From a virus: 64,000 bases of DNA. Below are positions 20,801 through 30,087 of this stretch, piece after piece (the first letter of the stretch is position 1; each line of letters starts with the position of its first letter). The notes beneath the pieces are model-generated. The model had not been told where the DNA came from, did no database searches, and worked only from the letters and a program-made list of their open reading frames with translations. The DNA lies in the IMG/VR virus record IMGVR_UViG_3300033004_000001, positions 1-64,000 of that record. One strand, written 5' to 3'. A program made the translations under genes and the position numbers.

Positions 20801-21900
20801 GAGGTAGTATAGGAATTGGAATTGTTCCTTCAACTCGTAGATTAGAAGTCAACGCTGTGGCGAGTCAAGGCATTGCAGTAAATATTAATGATTCTGTTGC
20901 AGCTTTTATATGTAAGAATTTAGGAAGTTCTAATAAGGAATGGTCATTATATCCTGTTGGAAATGATTTTCGTGTAAATGAAGGAGGTGTCGGAGACGTC
21001 TTAACATTTAAAGCTGGAGGATATATAGGAATTGGAATAACAACTCCATCTGAAATATTGGATATTGAATCTAGTATTTCTGGAACTAATCTTACCATAA
21101 GAAATGCGTGTCTTGGTGCTAGAGGATCTTCTCAAATTAAATTAATTCGTGGAACTGATGGAAAAGACAATGCTGGAGTATTAATGTACACAGCTCCTTC
21201 TACATTTAATTGGTATGCTGGATTAGCTTACAATAGTGGAGGTACTACATCTCAATATATAATTAATCCTACTGATACTACTTTAACTAATTCTGTTTTT
21301 ACTATTACAAATACTGGAAATATAGGCATTGGAACTAGTACTGGCCTTACTAATTCTCATTTAACAATAGCAGCAGGAACAGGAAGTGTTGTACCTATTA
21401 AATTAGTAAATGGATCATTTTTACCGTCTCCAGTGGATGGAGCAATAGAATATTCTACAGTTTTAACTTTTACTGATAGCACTCTTACTAGAAGAACTTT
21501 TGCTTTTACAGATGCAGTTGGTATTACCAATACAGTAACATGTACTAATACTCCTCATTCTGCAATTGGACTTCTTGATTCATGGACTGGAGCTCTAGCT
21601 TCATGTACTGTTCCTACTACAGGTAATTATTTAATATCTTATGGATGTTCTGATCTTGGAGATAGTGGGGTTTATCATGAAGCAGGTATTCAAGTTAATG
21701 GTTATACTAGTCCTGATGCTAATTCAATTACAAGAGTATATTTTTATAATGTTTTAATCAGCGGTTCTGTTTCAATGCAGTACCCAAAATCTTTAACTGC
21801 TGGAGATGTTGTATATTTTTGTTATCGTAGACAACCAGGAATGGGAGCTGAGAATATAGATTTATATGGAATATATTTAACATTACTTAGAGTTTCTTAA
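17794..21900 (+). CDS. Long tail fibre / receptor-binding protein
   Basis: 1368 aa Ser/Thr/Gly-rich; ETDPVF repeats, two NDGTYK repeats, multiple (V/I)GIGT repeats, NLNSDLLDG motif. Confidence 0.85.
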   Translation: MEVIILGNPFLEDSGTITPITVPAYEAEETVIPLTDGFNPYIIGSSSSVDTYWVRSGTNLLRPVLTTDKVVIGGASFVGTETLRVVGVLNISGLVFGSESTYVTKLLDEDDLASNDEHALATQQSIKAYVDSVSVGIQPGDNVSLLVNDVPYLITETDPVFLASDAAAVTSTLISNWNTAYGWGNHASAGYLTVEADPVFVASDVYGVTNTDIANWNDAFSKEHVHSNFSLLESIISTGDGTSALFNDGTYKTVPTLIGGSDSYVQYNDSGVLGGDSTFFFNDITKLLTVQEVYVSDQLDLASDASIYIDVDGSNNLQFTDSISGSVTLATLLSAATNYWTTTTGGIYYSTGTDKVGIGTSTLGTEILTVNGNITATDFNSSYFKYTIDSNLLIGPNAGDLETGSNLLYIANSNTTTPLIYGDFIDQELVLNADVYINVIKRLAFGSSTIFIRGDAFGNLIFGDLNANSGNPIFLSDLIIGDPATFAMVADFVDYSAANSVSSANLVTWNKASVIITTGAGDAYLANDGTYKIIGSAGNNVILFLHEEVSDVSGYEKLLTSPANDPENIETVGVTSGTSPILIDSHNHVTEPGYPGLTEIPAGLWIFKTWLRVDSAAGTTTATIRVYKRTDPGGTETELFNVTTAEINNTTVSQFVIESVQPAFSLNATDRIVVKYYASTTSGGTINVFMYYEGSLHYSYIIAPIVSESILVNDYTWKWDSANSYYRPYTTKTEAGGVLSPGKFYNGTIATSSTTRLNYDGNFYSTNLNAQTLTSSIAIGTSPLTVTSNTVVTNLNSDLLDGEHGGYYSDYGNLSSIPTYDYLNSPNDVGGVLIADPLNSGLPGDDFNYFAWDVTNHFLGIGTNAPLSGLDVEGSTATFGYPSGNARFLRTAGTLSSGDLLVSYVGSNIFKITDTTGVHGLSINTTTGSVGIGTFVPSYSLDVQAYSGSSYLLKLQNSDFSSSTTGSGLFIVTGATLGNTYTSIQSFTAGASAVGSLVLNKDGGSIGIGIVPSTRRLEVNAVASQGIAVNINDSVAAFICKNLGSSNKEWSLYPVGNDFRVNEGGVGDVLTFKAGGYIGIGITTPSEILDIESSISGTNLTIRNACLGARGSSQIKLIRGTDGKDNAGVLMYTAPSTFNWYAGLAYNSGGTTSQYIINPTDTTLTNSVFTITNTGNIGIGTSTGLTNSHLTIAAGTGSVVPIKLVNGSFLPSPVDGAIEYSTVLTFTDSTLTRRTFAFTDAVGITNTVTCTNTPHSAIGLLDSWTGALASCTVPTTGNYLISYGCSDLGDSGVYHEAGIQVNGYTSPDANSITRVYFYNVLISGSVSMQYPKSLTAGDVVYFCYRRQPGMGAENIDLYGIYLTLLRVS

Positions 21901-21910
21901 TAATTATAAC

Positions 21911-22195
21911 ATGGCAGCAACACCTACAGAAATAAATGATTTTAAAGCCACTGTAATGTTTAAACAAGTGGAGATAGCTAATATAATAACTAATGTATTA
22001 GCAATAGGAGGAAGATCTGATAATGAAGTTTATTTGATTAAGTTACAAGCTATTAATGAATATTGTAATATTATTATAGATTATTTTAGCGAGGATGATT
22101 ATGAAAATGATAACTTCTTTACAGTAGATGAGATATTAGAAATAATAGATCATTTTAATGATTTATGTAATAGTGATTATAGTATTAATATTTAA
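21911..22195 (+). CDS. Small helical structural protein (possible tail hub component)
   Basis: ORF track; tail module context. Confidence 0.5.
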   Translation: MAATPTEINDFKATVMFKQVEIANIITNVLAIGGRSDNEVYLIKLQAINEYCNIIIDYFSEDDYENDNFFTVDEILEIIDHFNDLCNSDYSINI

Positions 22196-22207
22196 AAATT
22201 AAAGATT

Positions 22208-22333
22208 ATGCCAGTAGATCCAATTGGAGAACCTAAACCACCTGCACCAAAAGGTGTAGTGATAGAAGATCCGAGTAAATATAATTTGCTAGTCAGAGTA
22301 TTAGTGTGGATGTTAAGAAAGTTGATATATTAG
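22208..22333 (+). CDS. Small Pro-rich peptide with hydrophobic C-terminus, 41 aa (MPVDPIGEPKPPAPK...)
   Basis: Hand-translated ATG..TAG with A-rich leader; fills intergenic gap. Confidence 0.55.
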   Translation: MPVDPIGEPKPPAPKGVVIEDPSKYNLLVRVLVWMLRKLIY

Positions 22334-22815
22334 AATTTTTTGCAATTATTCTATGTTTACTATTTGTAGTTGTTATCAGTCTATATCATTTATCTTATAA
22401 TGGATATAAAGGATTAAGTTCTGATCAATGGAATGTTGTATGGGCAATTGCAGAGAATTTTCTAAGTCTAGTTATGTCTATATTACTTAGTATATTTGGT
22501 AGTAAGACTATACGTTTAATGTTTTTTTCGTTATTTATTCCTTATTTTATAATAAAATTAATCTATCAATTTAGTGTTTTTAGTCAAGTATATATAGTTT
22601 CTAGAGAGTTATGGGAGTATATTTGGAGTTTTGTTTGTGTATTTGTATTGGGTATCGGATTGTTTTATTGTTCAAATATAGTAGTAAGGAGTATAAGAAA
22701 TGTGGGAGAAAAAATTAGAAAATTTTTTAGAGTCAGAATGGGTAGACAGATTATTTACAGCTGTATTGACAATACTAATAGTTCTAGTAACTCAGAGATT
22801 AACAATGACAACTGA
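22306..22815 (+). CDS. Multi-pass membrane protein
   Basis: About four hydrophobic segments. Confidence 0.6.
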   Translation: MDVKKVDILEFFAIILCLLFVVVISLYHLSYNGYKGLSSDQWNVVWAIAENFLSLVMSILLSIFGSKTIRLMFFSLFIPYFIIKLIYQFSVFSQVYIVSRELWEYIWSFVCVFVLGIGLFYCSNIVVRSIRNVGEKIRKFFRVRMGRQIIYSCIDNTNSSSNSEINNDN

Positions 22816-23032
22816 AAATGAAATAAGAGGAAGTAACATTATAGAAAGAAACAGAATTAATTCTGAACTTATGCAGAAAGCCTCTATCACATATGTAGAT
22901 GATACATATGTTAAACTAAAGCTTGAAATATCTCAATTAAGAGAGGAATTAAAAAATTATACAGATAAGACAATGGTTGAAACAAAAAATGATATACATA
23001 GTATAAGAAAGTACATAGAATCAAAAAAGTAA
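22700..23032 (+). CDS. Single-pass membrane protein with coiled coil
   Basis: N-terminal TM (LFTAVLTILIVLV), coiled C-terminus. Confidence 0.65.
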   Translation: MWEKKLENFLESEWVDRLFTAVLTILIVLVTQRLTMTTENEIRGSNIIERNRINSELMQKASITYVDDTYVKLKLEISQLREELKNYTDKTMVETKNDIHSIRKYIESKK

Positions 23033-23035
23033 ATT

Positions 23036-23395
23036 ATGACAGAGGAATTAGATACGAAAGATTATATTAATGAAGATTTACTAGAAGAACTAATACATAA
23101 AATACTATCTAGAAATAAATACACTAGAACCGGATATATACATATTCCAATATGGCTAATTGGATTAGCACTTCCATTATTAACAGCGATGATAATAAGT
23201 TACGGAACTATTACTTCTAATCAATCAGAAGTAAGAACTGAATTAGCTAGAGGTACTAAAGATATTGAAAATCTTTATAAAATTAAAACTAGTAATGATA
23301 AGTCTGATTTAATAATAAAAAGACTAGATGATATCAATGCTAATTTAATAAGAATTGAAAATAAAATAGATAATCACGTGAGTAAAAATAAATAA
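23036..23395 (+). CDS. Single-pass membrane protein with coiled coil (holin/antiholin-like)
   Basis: Central TM, RIENKID C-terminus. Confidence 0.6.
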   Translation: MTEELDTKDYINEDLLEELIHKILSRNKYTRTGYIHIPIWLIGLALPLLTAMIISYGTITSNQSEVRTELARGTKDIENLYKIKTSNDKSDLIIKRLDDINANLIRIENKIDNHVSKNK

Positions 23396-23407
23396 AATAA
23401 ATAAATT

Positions 23408-24286
23408 ATGTATACATTTTTTAAAAGAGTCGCTAATAATAATCTGTATGGTAGTGATAAGGTTGAACTAATATTTGAAGATACTAAAGAGAATATAGCT
23501 TCAATAACTTATGATAATACCAATGGATTTCAATTTAATGACTCAGTAATAAACAACGATACTATTCAGATGGCATCAGCAGTAACTACCGGAGTTGCTA
23601 TAACTGGAGCTACTACTAATGGAGTTTATATAACTGGTAGTTCAACTACTGCGTTTAAGACTGCAACTGGAACATTTACTACTGGTATTAATCTTGGTGG
23701 TACTTTAACTACTGGAATTAGTATTGGAACGGCTACAACTGGTATTACGTTAACTGGTACTTATACAACTGGTATAAGCGTAGTTGGTGCAACCCATTCT
23801 GGTATAACTGTAACATGTGCGTTATTAGCTGCTGGAGATGCTTATTCTGGAGTACGTAGTGTTGTATCTACACTTAATTCTGATAACTCATATGGAGCTG
23901 CTGGTTATTTTGAAACAAATACAACTGGAACACAAGCTACTAATTTTGTCTATGGATTAGGATCATGGATAAATATGATCAGTGGAGCAGGGAAAGCAAA
24001 TGGTTATATTTGTGCTCAAGACAATGGAGTATATTATGATGCTGGTACTTTAACTGGAGCTAGAGTAATATTTGGTTTAAGAATGGAAGTTCCTGTAAGT
24101 ATGGCTGCTGCAAATAGAGTATGTCCATTTAGTGTAAATACAAACAATGTGGCTATAACGGCTTTGATTGATTGTAATAATTTTGGAGATCTTGGTGCTG
24201 CTGTTAGTAAAAATACTACTTCAACATATATGCCTATATTAGTAGATAATGCTGGAGCAATTAGATATGTATTACTATATTCATAA
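23408..24286 (+). CDS. Tail spike/fibre protein with TTGI beta-repeats
   Basis: Tandem ~10-aa TTG(I/V) repeats, Gly/Thr-rich. Confidence 0.7.
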   Translation: MYTFFKRVANNNLYGSDKVELIFEDTKENIASITYDNTNGFQFNDSVINNDTIQMASAVTTGVAITGATTNGVYITGSSTTAFKTATGTFTTGINLGGTLTTGISIGTATTGITLTGTYTTGISVVGATHSGITVTCALLAAGDAYSGVRSVVSTLNSDNSYGAAGYFETNTTGTQATNFVYGLGSWINMISGAGKANGYICAQDNGVYYDAGTLTGARVIFGLRMEVPVSMAAANRVCPFSVNTNNVAITALIDCNNFGDLGAAVSKNTTSTYMPILVDNAGAIRYVLLYS

Positions 24287-24291
24287 TAAAT

Positions 24292-24597
24292 ATGAAATTA
24301 AATCTTCTAGAACGCATAGTTCTATTGAATATACTACCTCAAGAGAGTAATTTTATCACTTTAAAGATTGTAAATGATCTTAAAAATTCATTGTCTTTTA
24401 CAGAAGAAGAATATAAGTACTATAATGTAAAGCAAGAAGGTGATAGAATTAATTGGGACTTGACTGGGAATGAGGAAAAAGAAATATCAATTGGTGAAAA
24501 AGCAACTGATATTATAGTTGATCAACTTAAAAAGTTAGATGAACAAAAGAAATTAACAATGGACATGTATAGTATATATTCTAAATTTATAGGATAA
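24292..24597 (+). CDS. Putative tail-fibre chaperone
   Basis: Small acidic helical protein directly after a fibre gene. Confidence 0.45.
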   Translation: MKLNLLERIVLLNILPQESNFITLKIVNDLKNSLSFTEEEYKYYNVKQEGDRINWDLTGNEEKEISIGEKATDIIVDQLKKLDEQKKLTMDMYSIYSKFIG

Positions 24598-25022
24598 TGA
24601 AACTATTACTTAAAAGAGTCTGTCTACCAACATATACTATAGGACATTTATATATAGATGATGTATATTTTTGTGATACTCTTGAAGATCCAAATAGGGA
24701 TTTAAATAAAGATGGTGTATTTGATAATGGAGAAGTAAAGATTCCTGAAAATACTGCTATACCTTATGGAACATATATTGTAACTATAACGTATAGTGAT
24801 AAGTTCAAGAGAGATATGCCTCTCTTATTAAATGTACCAAATTTTGAAGGAATTAGAATACATTCAGGAAATACTACTGAAGACACATGGGGATGTATAT
24901 TAGTTGGAGAGAATAAAGTTAAAGGTAAGGTTATTAATAGCAAAGTTACTTTTGATAAGTTATATCCAATACTAAAAGATGCATTTGATAAAGGAGAGGA
25001 AATAACAATTGAAATAGTATAA
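24597..25022 (+). CDS. DUF5675-family peptidoglycan peptidase (L,D-transpeptidase-like fold), probable endolysin
   Basis: TIG.L..CDTLE, AIPYGTY, GIRIHSGNT..DT.GCILVG His/Cys motif. Confidence 0.85.
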   Translation: MKLLLKRVCLPTYTIGHLYIDDVYFCDTLEDPNRDLNKDGVFDNGEVKIPENTAIPYGTYIVTITYSDKFKRDMPLLLNVPNFEGIRIHSGNTTEDTWGCILVGENKVKGKVINSKVTFDKLYPILKDAFDKGEEITIEIV

Positions 25023-25023
25023 T

Positions 25024-26889
25024 ATGTCAGGATTAGATAGTATAGTTCAACAATTAAAAGATATTAATTTTCTTCAAGGAGAGATATCAGATTTTTTGTT
25101 AATTTTATATTTTGCTTTAGTTGTATATAATAGAAATCCAGAATCAGATTTTGCTTATTCTGGAAATACTAAATTTATATATGCTTATTCTTTATTAGAT
25201 GAAGACATATATCAAGTATCTACTAATGATTTAACTAATTGGTATAACACTGTTTCATTTGAATTTCTATCTAATAGTAATCAGTTGTTAATGGATTTAA
25301 ATCTTACTGCACAGACTATTAGTGGAACTGATTATTTTGTAGATTATAGTGGAAATGGATATAATGCATTGGCTCTTACTACTACAACATCTCATGATTC
25401 AATTGCTTTAAGTACTAATATTAATATTCAGAATGCTTGTAATAGTGCTGGATGTTTTGAACAGTTTTATAATGGGGTTAGTCCAAATGTTAGTAATACT
25501 GCTAAGACTGTTTTATTAGTCAATATATCTCAATTATATTTAGATAATTATATATTTAGTAATGTAGATAATAATGTATTTTTAATATATAATACAGAAC
25601 AAATTAATAATAATTTAAGTTTAATTCTAGATAGAATTAAGGTCAGAGTTAAAAAACTAACTAGTTGGGGAACTGAAGTAGGTGCTCTTGTCACATTAAA
25701 ATATGGAGAAGATCATATAATAACTGTACCAAATGTTGCAGAATACATGATTGATTATAATATAAGGAGTAATATAGCAAATACTTATGGAACTTTAACT
25801 ACAACAAGTGGTACTAAATTTAATTATGGAACGTTAGTTAATGATCATTTAATTTGTTTTCCTTATAATTATACTAAACTTATAGATGTTGATTTAGCTA
25901 ATAAATCTATAGATGAGTATGGAGATTTTTCGTCTCTTGCTGTAGGAAGATTTAATTCAGGATCATTAGTATCTCAAATATTGCTTGATGATGGTAAAGT
26001 AATAGGAATACCAAGAAGTTCAACTTATATAGCTACATATGATCCAATAACTAATGATATAGATACTTTTGGGACTATTAGTTCAAGTGCTGGTAGTAAT
26101 AAATTTATAGGATACTATAAACAGAGTGATAATTTAATTACTTTAATTCCGTCAGATTACAATACAATTATAAATTTTGATGCAGTAAATCAAACAGTAG
26201 ATACATATGGAAGTTTACAAACTATTGTTAGTAAATATTATAGTTATCAAATAGTTAATTCTGATTTAATTGTATGTATTCCTAGAAATGCAAATGCAGT
26301 CTTAAATATTCATCCTATTAGTAAAACTATAGATACTTATGGAACATTTACTGGAACAAACTTATATTATAAATCTATTTTATTATCTTCTGGTAATATC
26401 TTAGCAGTTCCTCATTCTGCAACACAACTTTTATTAATTGATCCAGTTGCAAAAACAGCTACTCCTTTTGGAACTTCTTTTGGAGCAACTACATTTAAAT
26501 ATATGACTAATCTTATAGAACTGGATAATGGTCATGTAATTGCTTTTCCTGGATCATCTAATTATATAATAGATATAGATCCTGTGAATCTTACTTATGA
26601 TTCAGTAATTGATTTAGGAAATACAACTTTTAAATTTTATGAATCAGTAAATTATAATGATTTTGTGTATAGAATCTCTAATAGTCAAATTTTAGCATAT
26701 CCATATGGAGGATATCAAGTTTTAGATTTTGATCCAGTAGATAGAAAATTATACAAATTTGGGTATTTTTATAAAGCATCTCCTTCAGGATTAAAGTTTG
26801 TTCGTACTATGATTAACGATGGAACTAAACGAATGATATATGTTAATTCTACTGATTATACTAAAGTTTTGGACTTGGAATTAAGATAA
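25024..26889 (+). CDS. Beta-propeller repeat protein
   Basis: About 8 repeats of ~44 aa (G.I..IP.....I..IDP.......FG); DYSGNG motif in N-terminal part. Confidence 0.7.
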   Translation: MSGLDSIVQQLKDINFLQGEISDFLLILYFALVVYNRNPESDFAYSGNTKFIYAYSLLDEDIYQVSTNDLTNWYNTVSFEFLSNSNQLLMDLNLTAQTISGTDYFVDYSGNGYNALALTTTTSHDSIALSTNINIQNACNSAGCFEQFYNGVSPNVSNTAKTVLLVNISQLYLDNYIFSNVDNNVFLIYNTEQINNNLSLILDRIKVRVKKLTSWGTEVGALVTLKYGEDHIITVPNVAEYMIDYNIRSNIANTYGTLTTTSGTKFNYGTLVNDHLICFPYNYTKLIDVDLANKSIDEYGDFSSLAVGRFNSGSLVSQILLDDGKVIGIPRSSTYIATYDPITNDIDTFGTISSSAGSNKFIGYYKQSDNLITLIPSDYNTIINFDAVNQTVDTYGSLQTIVSKYYSYQIVNSDLIVCIPRNANAVLNIHPISKTIDTYGTFTGTNLYYKSILLSSGNILAVPHSATQLLLIDPVAKTATPFGTSFGATTFKYMTNLIELDNGHVIAFPGSSNYIIDIDPVNLTYDSVIDLGNTTFKFYESVNYNDFVYRISNSQILAYPYGGYQVLDFDPVDRKLYKFGYFYKASPSGLKFVRTMINDGTKRMIYVNSTDYTKVLDLELR

Positions 26890-26899
26890 ATTTAAATAT

Positions 26900-27166
26900 A
26901 TGAAATTAAAATTAAGTAATTACAATAAACCATCTCATCCTTTATTTAAAAGGATTGGAGATATATGTTTAGTTGCTATTCCACTATATAGTTCAATATT
27001 AACTACTTTACCGATTAATGATAATAGTAAATTATGGATACTTGCAGGATTATCATCTGCATTAGCAACAGTAAAGATAATAACTAAATTTACATTAGAT
27101 CCTAATTATAAAGAAAATGTGGTGGAAAATACTACTGAAGTGGTTAAAGACCCTTCTAAACAGTAA
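26900..27166 (+). CDS. Putative holin
   Basis: 88 aa, two TM segments, charged C-terminus, adjacent to spanin-like gene. Confidence 0.65.
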   Translation: MKLKLSNYNKPSHPLFKRIGDICLVAIPLYSSILTTLPINDNSKLWILAGLSSALATVKIITKFTLDPNYKENVVENTTEVVKDPSKQ

Positions 27167-27731
27167 GATATTCTTATATGCAGTAATTGCTGGATGTATA
27201 TATTTATGGATGATAGATAGGAAAAACTTATCTGCTAATGTAGATAGATTAAAACAGAATCAAGATGCATTGTTAGCTAATCAAAGTGAGCAGATAGATT
27301 TGACTAAAAGAGAATTTCAGAAGTACTATCATTATGAAGATTCTATAGCTCAAAAGATAGGTATTAAACCTAATCAAGTTCAAAACGTAATAGTTAATAA
27401 CTATCATTATAAAGATACTAGTATAGTTCAATTTCCAATGACTCATAGTGGAGATACTATGAAATTTATTAAACCAGTAGGGTGTTGGAAAGTAGAAGGA
27501 TATGTACTTAAAGATAGTATAACATTTACTAAAAGAAAGTTTGATGATGTGTTTCATACTTTCTTGTATAATAAGAAAAGAGATATAAAGGTATCATTTA
27601 AAAAGAATATTAATTTCGATCATAGTTTTCTATTTATCAAATGGAATAATCTAACAGTTGATGCTAAAACATATTCTGAATGTAAAAATGATACTATACA
27701 AGTAGAAAAAAATTTAAAAATAGATAATTAA
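27117..27731 (+). CDS. Putative spanin-like protein
   Basis: N-terminal TM anchor, coiled coil (RLKQNQ), two Cys in periplasmic part; overlaps holin. Confidence 0.6.
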   Translation: MWWKILLKWLKTLLNSKIFLYAVIAGCIYLWMIDRKNLSANVDRLKQNQDALLANQSEQIDLTKREFQKYYHYEDSIAQKIGIKPNQVQNVIVNNYHYKDTSIVQFPMTHSGDTMKFIKPVGCWKVEGYVLKDSITFTKRKFDDVFHTFLYNKKRDIKVSFKKNINFDHSFLFIKWNNLTVDAKTYSECKNDTIQVEKNLKIDN

Positions 27732-28058
27732 ATGGCTCAATTAATAATAAATGAAGGTATTTATCCTTTATTCAATGGACAGAGACCTGTAAATCCAGAT
27801 CCTACTTCTAATAATACATGGGATAGAATTAATCATAATTTTAATGAATTGTATGTAATAAAGTCTCAATCTACAGGATCTCTCACAGATAGTACTCCTA
27901 CAAAGGCTGAGATTACAGCAGTTATTGGTTTAACTCCTATTACAGCAGGAGCTGGTTATCAGTGTACTATTATAGATAATACTGGATCAGATTTGCTATA
28001 CAGAGTTGAAAGTGATGGAACAGACTGGTGGTATACTGTAATGACAAAAGCAACTTAA
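27732..28058 (+). CDS. Small tail/fibre-attachment protein
   Basis: WDRINHNFNELY resembles the N-terminal fibre-attachment motif (KINxNFxELY) of phage fibre/baseplate proteins. Confidence 0.55.
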   Translation: MAQLIINEGIYPLFNGQRPVNPDPTSNNTWDRINHNFNELYVIKSQSTGSLTDSTPTKAEITAVIGLTPITAGAGYQCTIIDNTGSDLLYRVESDGTDWWYTVMTKAT

Positions 28059-28071
28059 TAATTAATAGATA

Positions 28072-28773
28072 ATGGCAATAGAATTTGTATCAATAGATAC
28101 TATAGTACACGATTTATTATATATAATCAGAAGTGGTAAAGTATCTCAAAGTGAAACTATTTCAGATAATCAAGTAGAAGCTTGGTTACATCAGTATAGG
28201 GCTTTATTAATCAAACAAGATCTTGATAAGAATAAAGTTGTTAATCCAGATTATGTTCAAGAGATACAATGTGCTAAACTTATAGTTGTAGATAAAGCTG
28301 ATGATTCAACTATATCTACTGGACGATCTTTATTGAGAACTGAACTAGCTATTCCTAAAACTATTGATTTAAATTTTAGATCTGGCTTTACGTATATAGG
28401 GACTTTAGATGGAAAGGAAATAGATTTTGTTCCTCAATCTAGAGTTAGATGGCAGAAAGAGAAGTACTATACATCAAAATCTCCATTAGCATATTTAAAG
28501 AATAGGCATATATATGTTGATAATGATCATGTTATAGAATGGTTATGTATAAGAGGTATATTTGAACAACCTCAAGAAGTAGCTAATTTTGTTAATCCTT
28601 ATACTAATCTTCCAGAATTTGGATTAGATAGTAAGTATCCTATTCCTATTAATATGCTTCCAACACTAAAAGAAATGATATTGAAGAAAGAGTTAGGAAT
28701 AATGGTTAATGCTCCTTCTGATAGTAAAAATGATGCTTCTAGTACTACTACACCAAATGAGAGGAAAGAATAA
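28072..28773 (+). CDS. Tail ring protein
   Basis: W.HQYRALLIKQ, RGIFE.P, YPIP motifs; crAss synteny. Confidence 0.75.
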   Translation: MAIEFVSIDTIVHDLLYIIRSGKVSQSETISDNQVEAWLHQYRALLIKQDLDKNKVVNPDYVQEIQCAKLIVVDKADDSTISTGRSLLRTELAIPKTIDLNFRSGFTYIGTLDGKEIDFVPQSRVRWQKEKYYTSKSPLAYLKNRHIYVDNDHVIEWLCIRGIFEQPQEVANFVNPYTNLPEFGLDSKYPIPINMLPTLKEMILKKELGIMVNAPSDSKNDASSTTTPNERKE

Positions 28774-29245
28774 AGTTACAGGATGTTATACTCTTAGACA
28801 GATATATAATGAGTATATACAGGATAAAATTCCTGGAGATCCGTATTATGTATCATTTAAAGAGTATTATAATATATGTGCAGATTATCATAAATGGATT
28901 ATTAGTCAAATAATAGATAAATCAAAGATTATCACATTACCATATAGATTAGGTAAACTATATGTAGGTAAGAAGAAACCAGCTATACTTAAAGGATCTC
29001 AAAATATTCAACGTAAATATCCATTACATAGTACTAGTATAGATTGGAAAGAAAGTAAAAGACTTGGTAAGTGGATACATCATATAAATGATCATACTGG
29101 AGGATATAAGTATAGATTCATTTGGTCAAAAATAGATTGTAGAGTAGCTAATAGAGAATTTTATAGATTAGTGTTTACTAGAAGTAATAAAAGATATTTA
29201 GCTAAAGTAATTAAAAGTGGAGAACATGATTACTTGGAGATTTAA
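28757..29245 (+). CDS. IHF/HU-like protein of the crAss tail block
   Basis: LPYRLGKL, IDWKES, N.HT.GY.YRF.W, R.NKR.LA; ATG 28757 preferred over 28709. Confidence 0.75.
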   Translation: MRGKNKVTGCYTLRQIYNEYIQDKIPGDPYYVSFKEYYNICADYHKWIISQIIDKSKIITLPYRLGKLYVGKKKPAILKGSQNIQRKYPLHSTSIDWKESKRLGKWIHHINDHTGGYKYRFIWSKIDCRVANREFYRLVFTRSNKRYLAKVIKSGEHDYLEI

Positions 29246-29259
29246 AATAATAAAATAGT

Positions 29260-30087
29260 ATGATATATAATTTAGTTTCGGTTAAAAAAGTTATAGCAAA
29301 AGTATTTGCAGACCTTGACTTAGATGAACAACCTCATAGAATTAGTGATATGATAGAATGGGCTGGAGAAGCTTTTAAGAAAATAGGAGCATTTCCTGCA
29401 CTGATAACTAGAGTTACTGGAAAAGAGGATCTTCCTTTATTGCTTTTGAGTAATTATCAAGCTAAGCTTCCTGCTGATCTTAATACTATTAATCAAGTAG
29501 CTTATTCTGTTAAACAATTAGGTCCATTTTATCCTATGAGATATGCTACTGGAAGTTATTCTTCTAATCATGTTGTTAAAGGAACAGCAGCAGTAACTAC
29601 TCAGAATACTCCAGATAGTGAAAAAGATACTATGTTTTCTTTAGACTATTCATATATTATAGTTGGTGGATATATAAAGACTAATATTAAAGATGGATAT
29701 TTACTTATATCATATCAAGCTGTTCCTACAGATGCTGATAAATATCCATTAATTCCAGATGATGAATCATTCTTTGAAGCTATATATTGGTATATTAATA
29801 TGAAATTAACTTATCCAGAATGGAAGGCTGGACGTATTAGAGATGCTGTATATTATGATGCTAAATCATCTTGGAATTATTATCGTAAACAAGCATATGC
29901 TAATGCGATGATGCCTAATCCAGATCAACTTGAATCTATTAAGAATACTTGGCTTAGACTTATTCCTGAAATTAATGCACATGATACATTCTATTCTACA
30001 TTAGGAGAACAAGAAACTGTATATAATAATGATATGACTCCTACTGTTTTATTCCCATTTACTGAAACTAGTATTAATCCATCATAA
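29260..30087 (+). CDS. Tail tubular/ring protein (P22 gp4-like)
   Basis: EWAGEA, YPLIPD...EAIYWYI, W..Y..QA motifs; precedes muzzle. Confidence 0.8.
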   Translation: MIYNLVSVKKVIAKVFADLDLDEQPHRISDMIEWAGEAFKKIGAFPALITRVTGKEDLPLLLLSNYQAKLPADLNTINQVAYSVKQLGPFYPMRYATGSYSSNHVVKGTAAVTTQNTPDSEKDTMFSLDYSYIIVGGYIKTNIKDGYLLISYQAVPTDADKYPLIPDDESFFEAIYWYINMKLTYPEWKAGRIRDAVYYDAKSSWNYYRKQAYANAMMPNPDQLESIKNTWLRLIPEINAHDTFYSTLGEQETVYNNDMTPTVLFPFTETSINPS

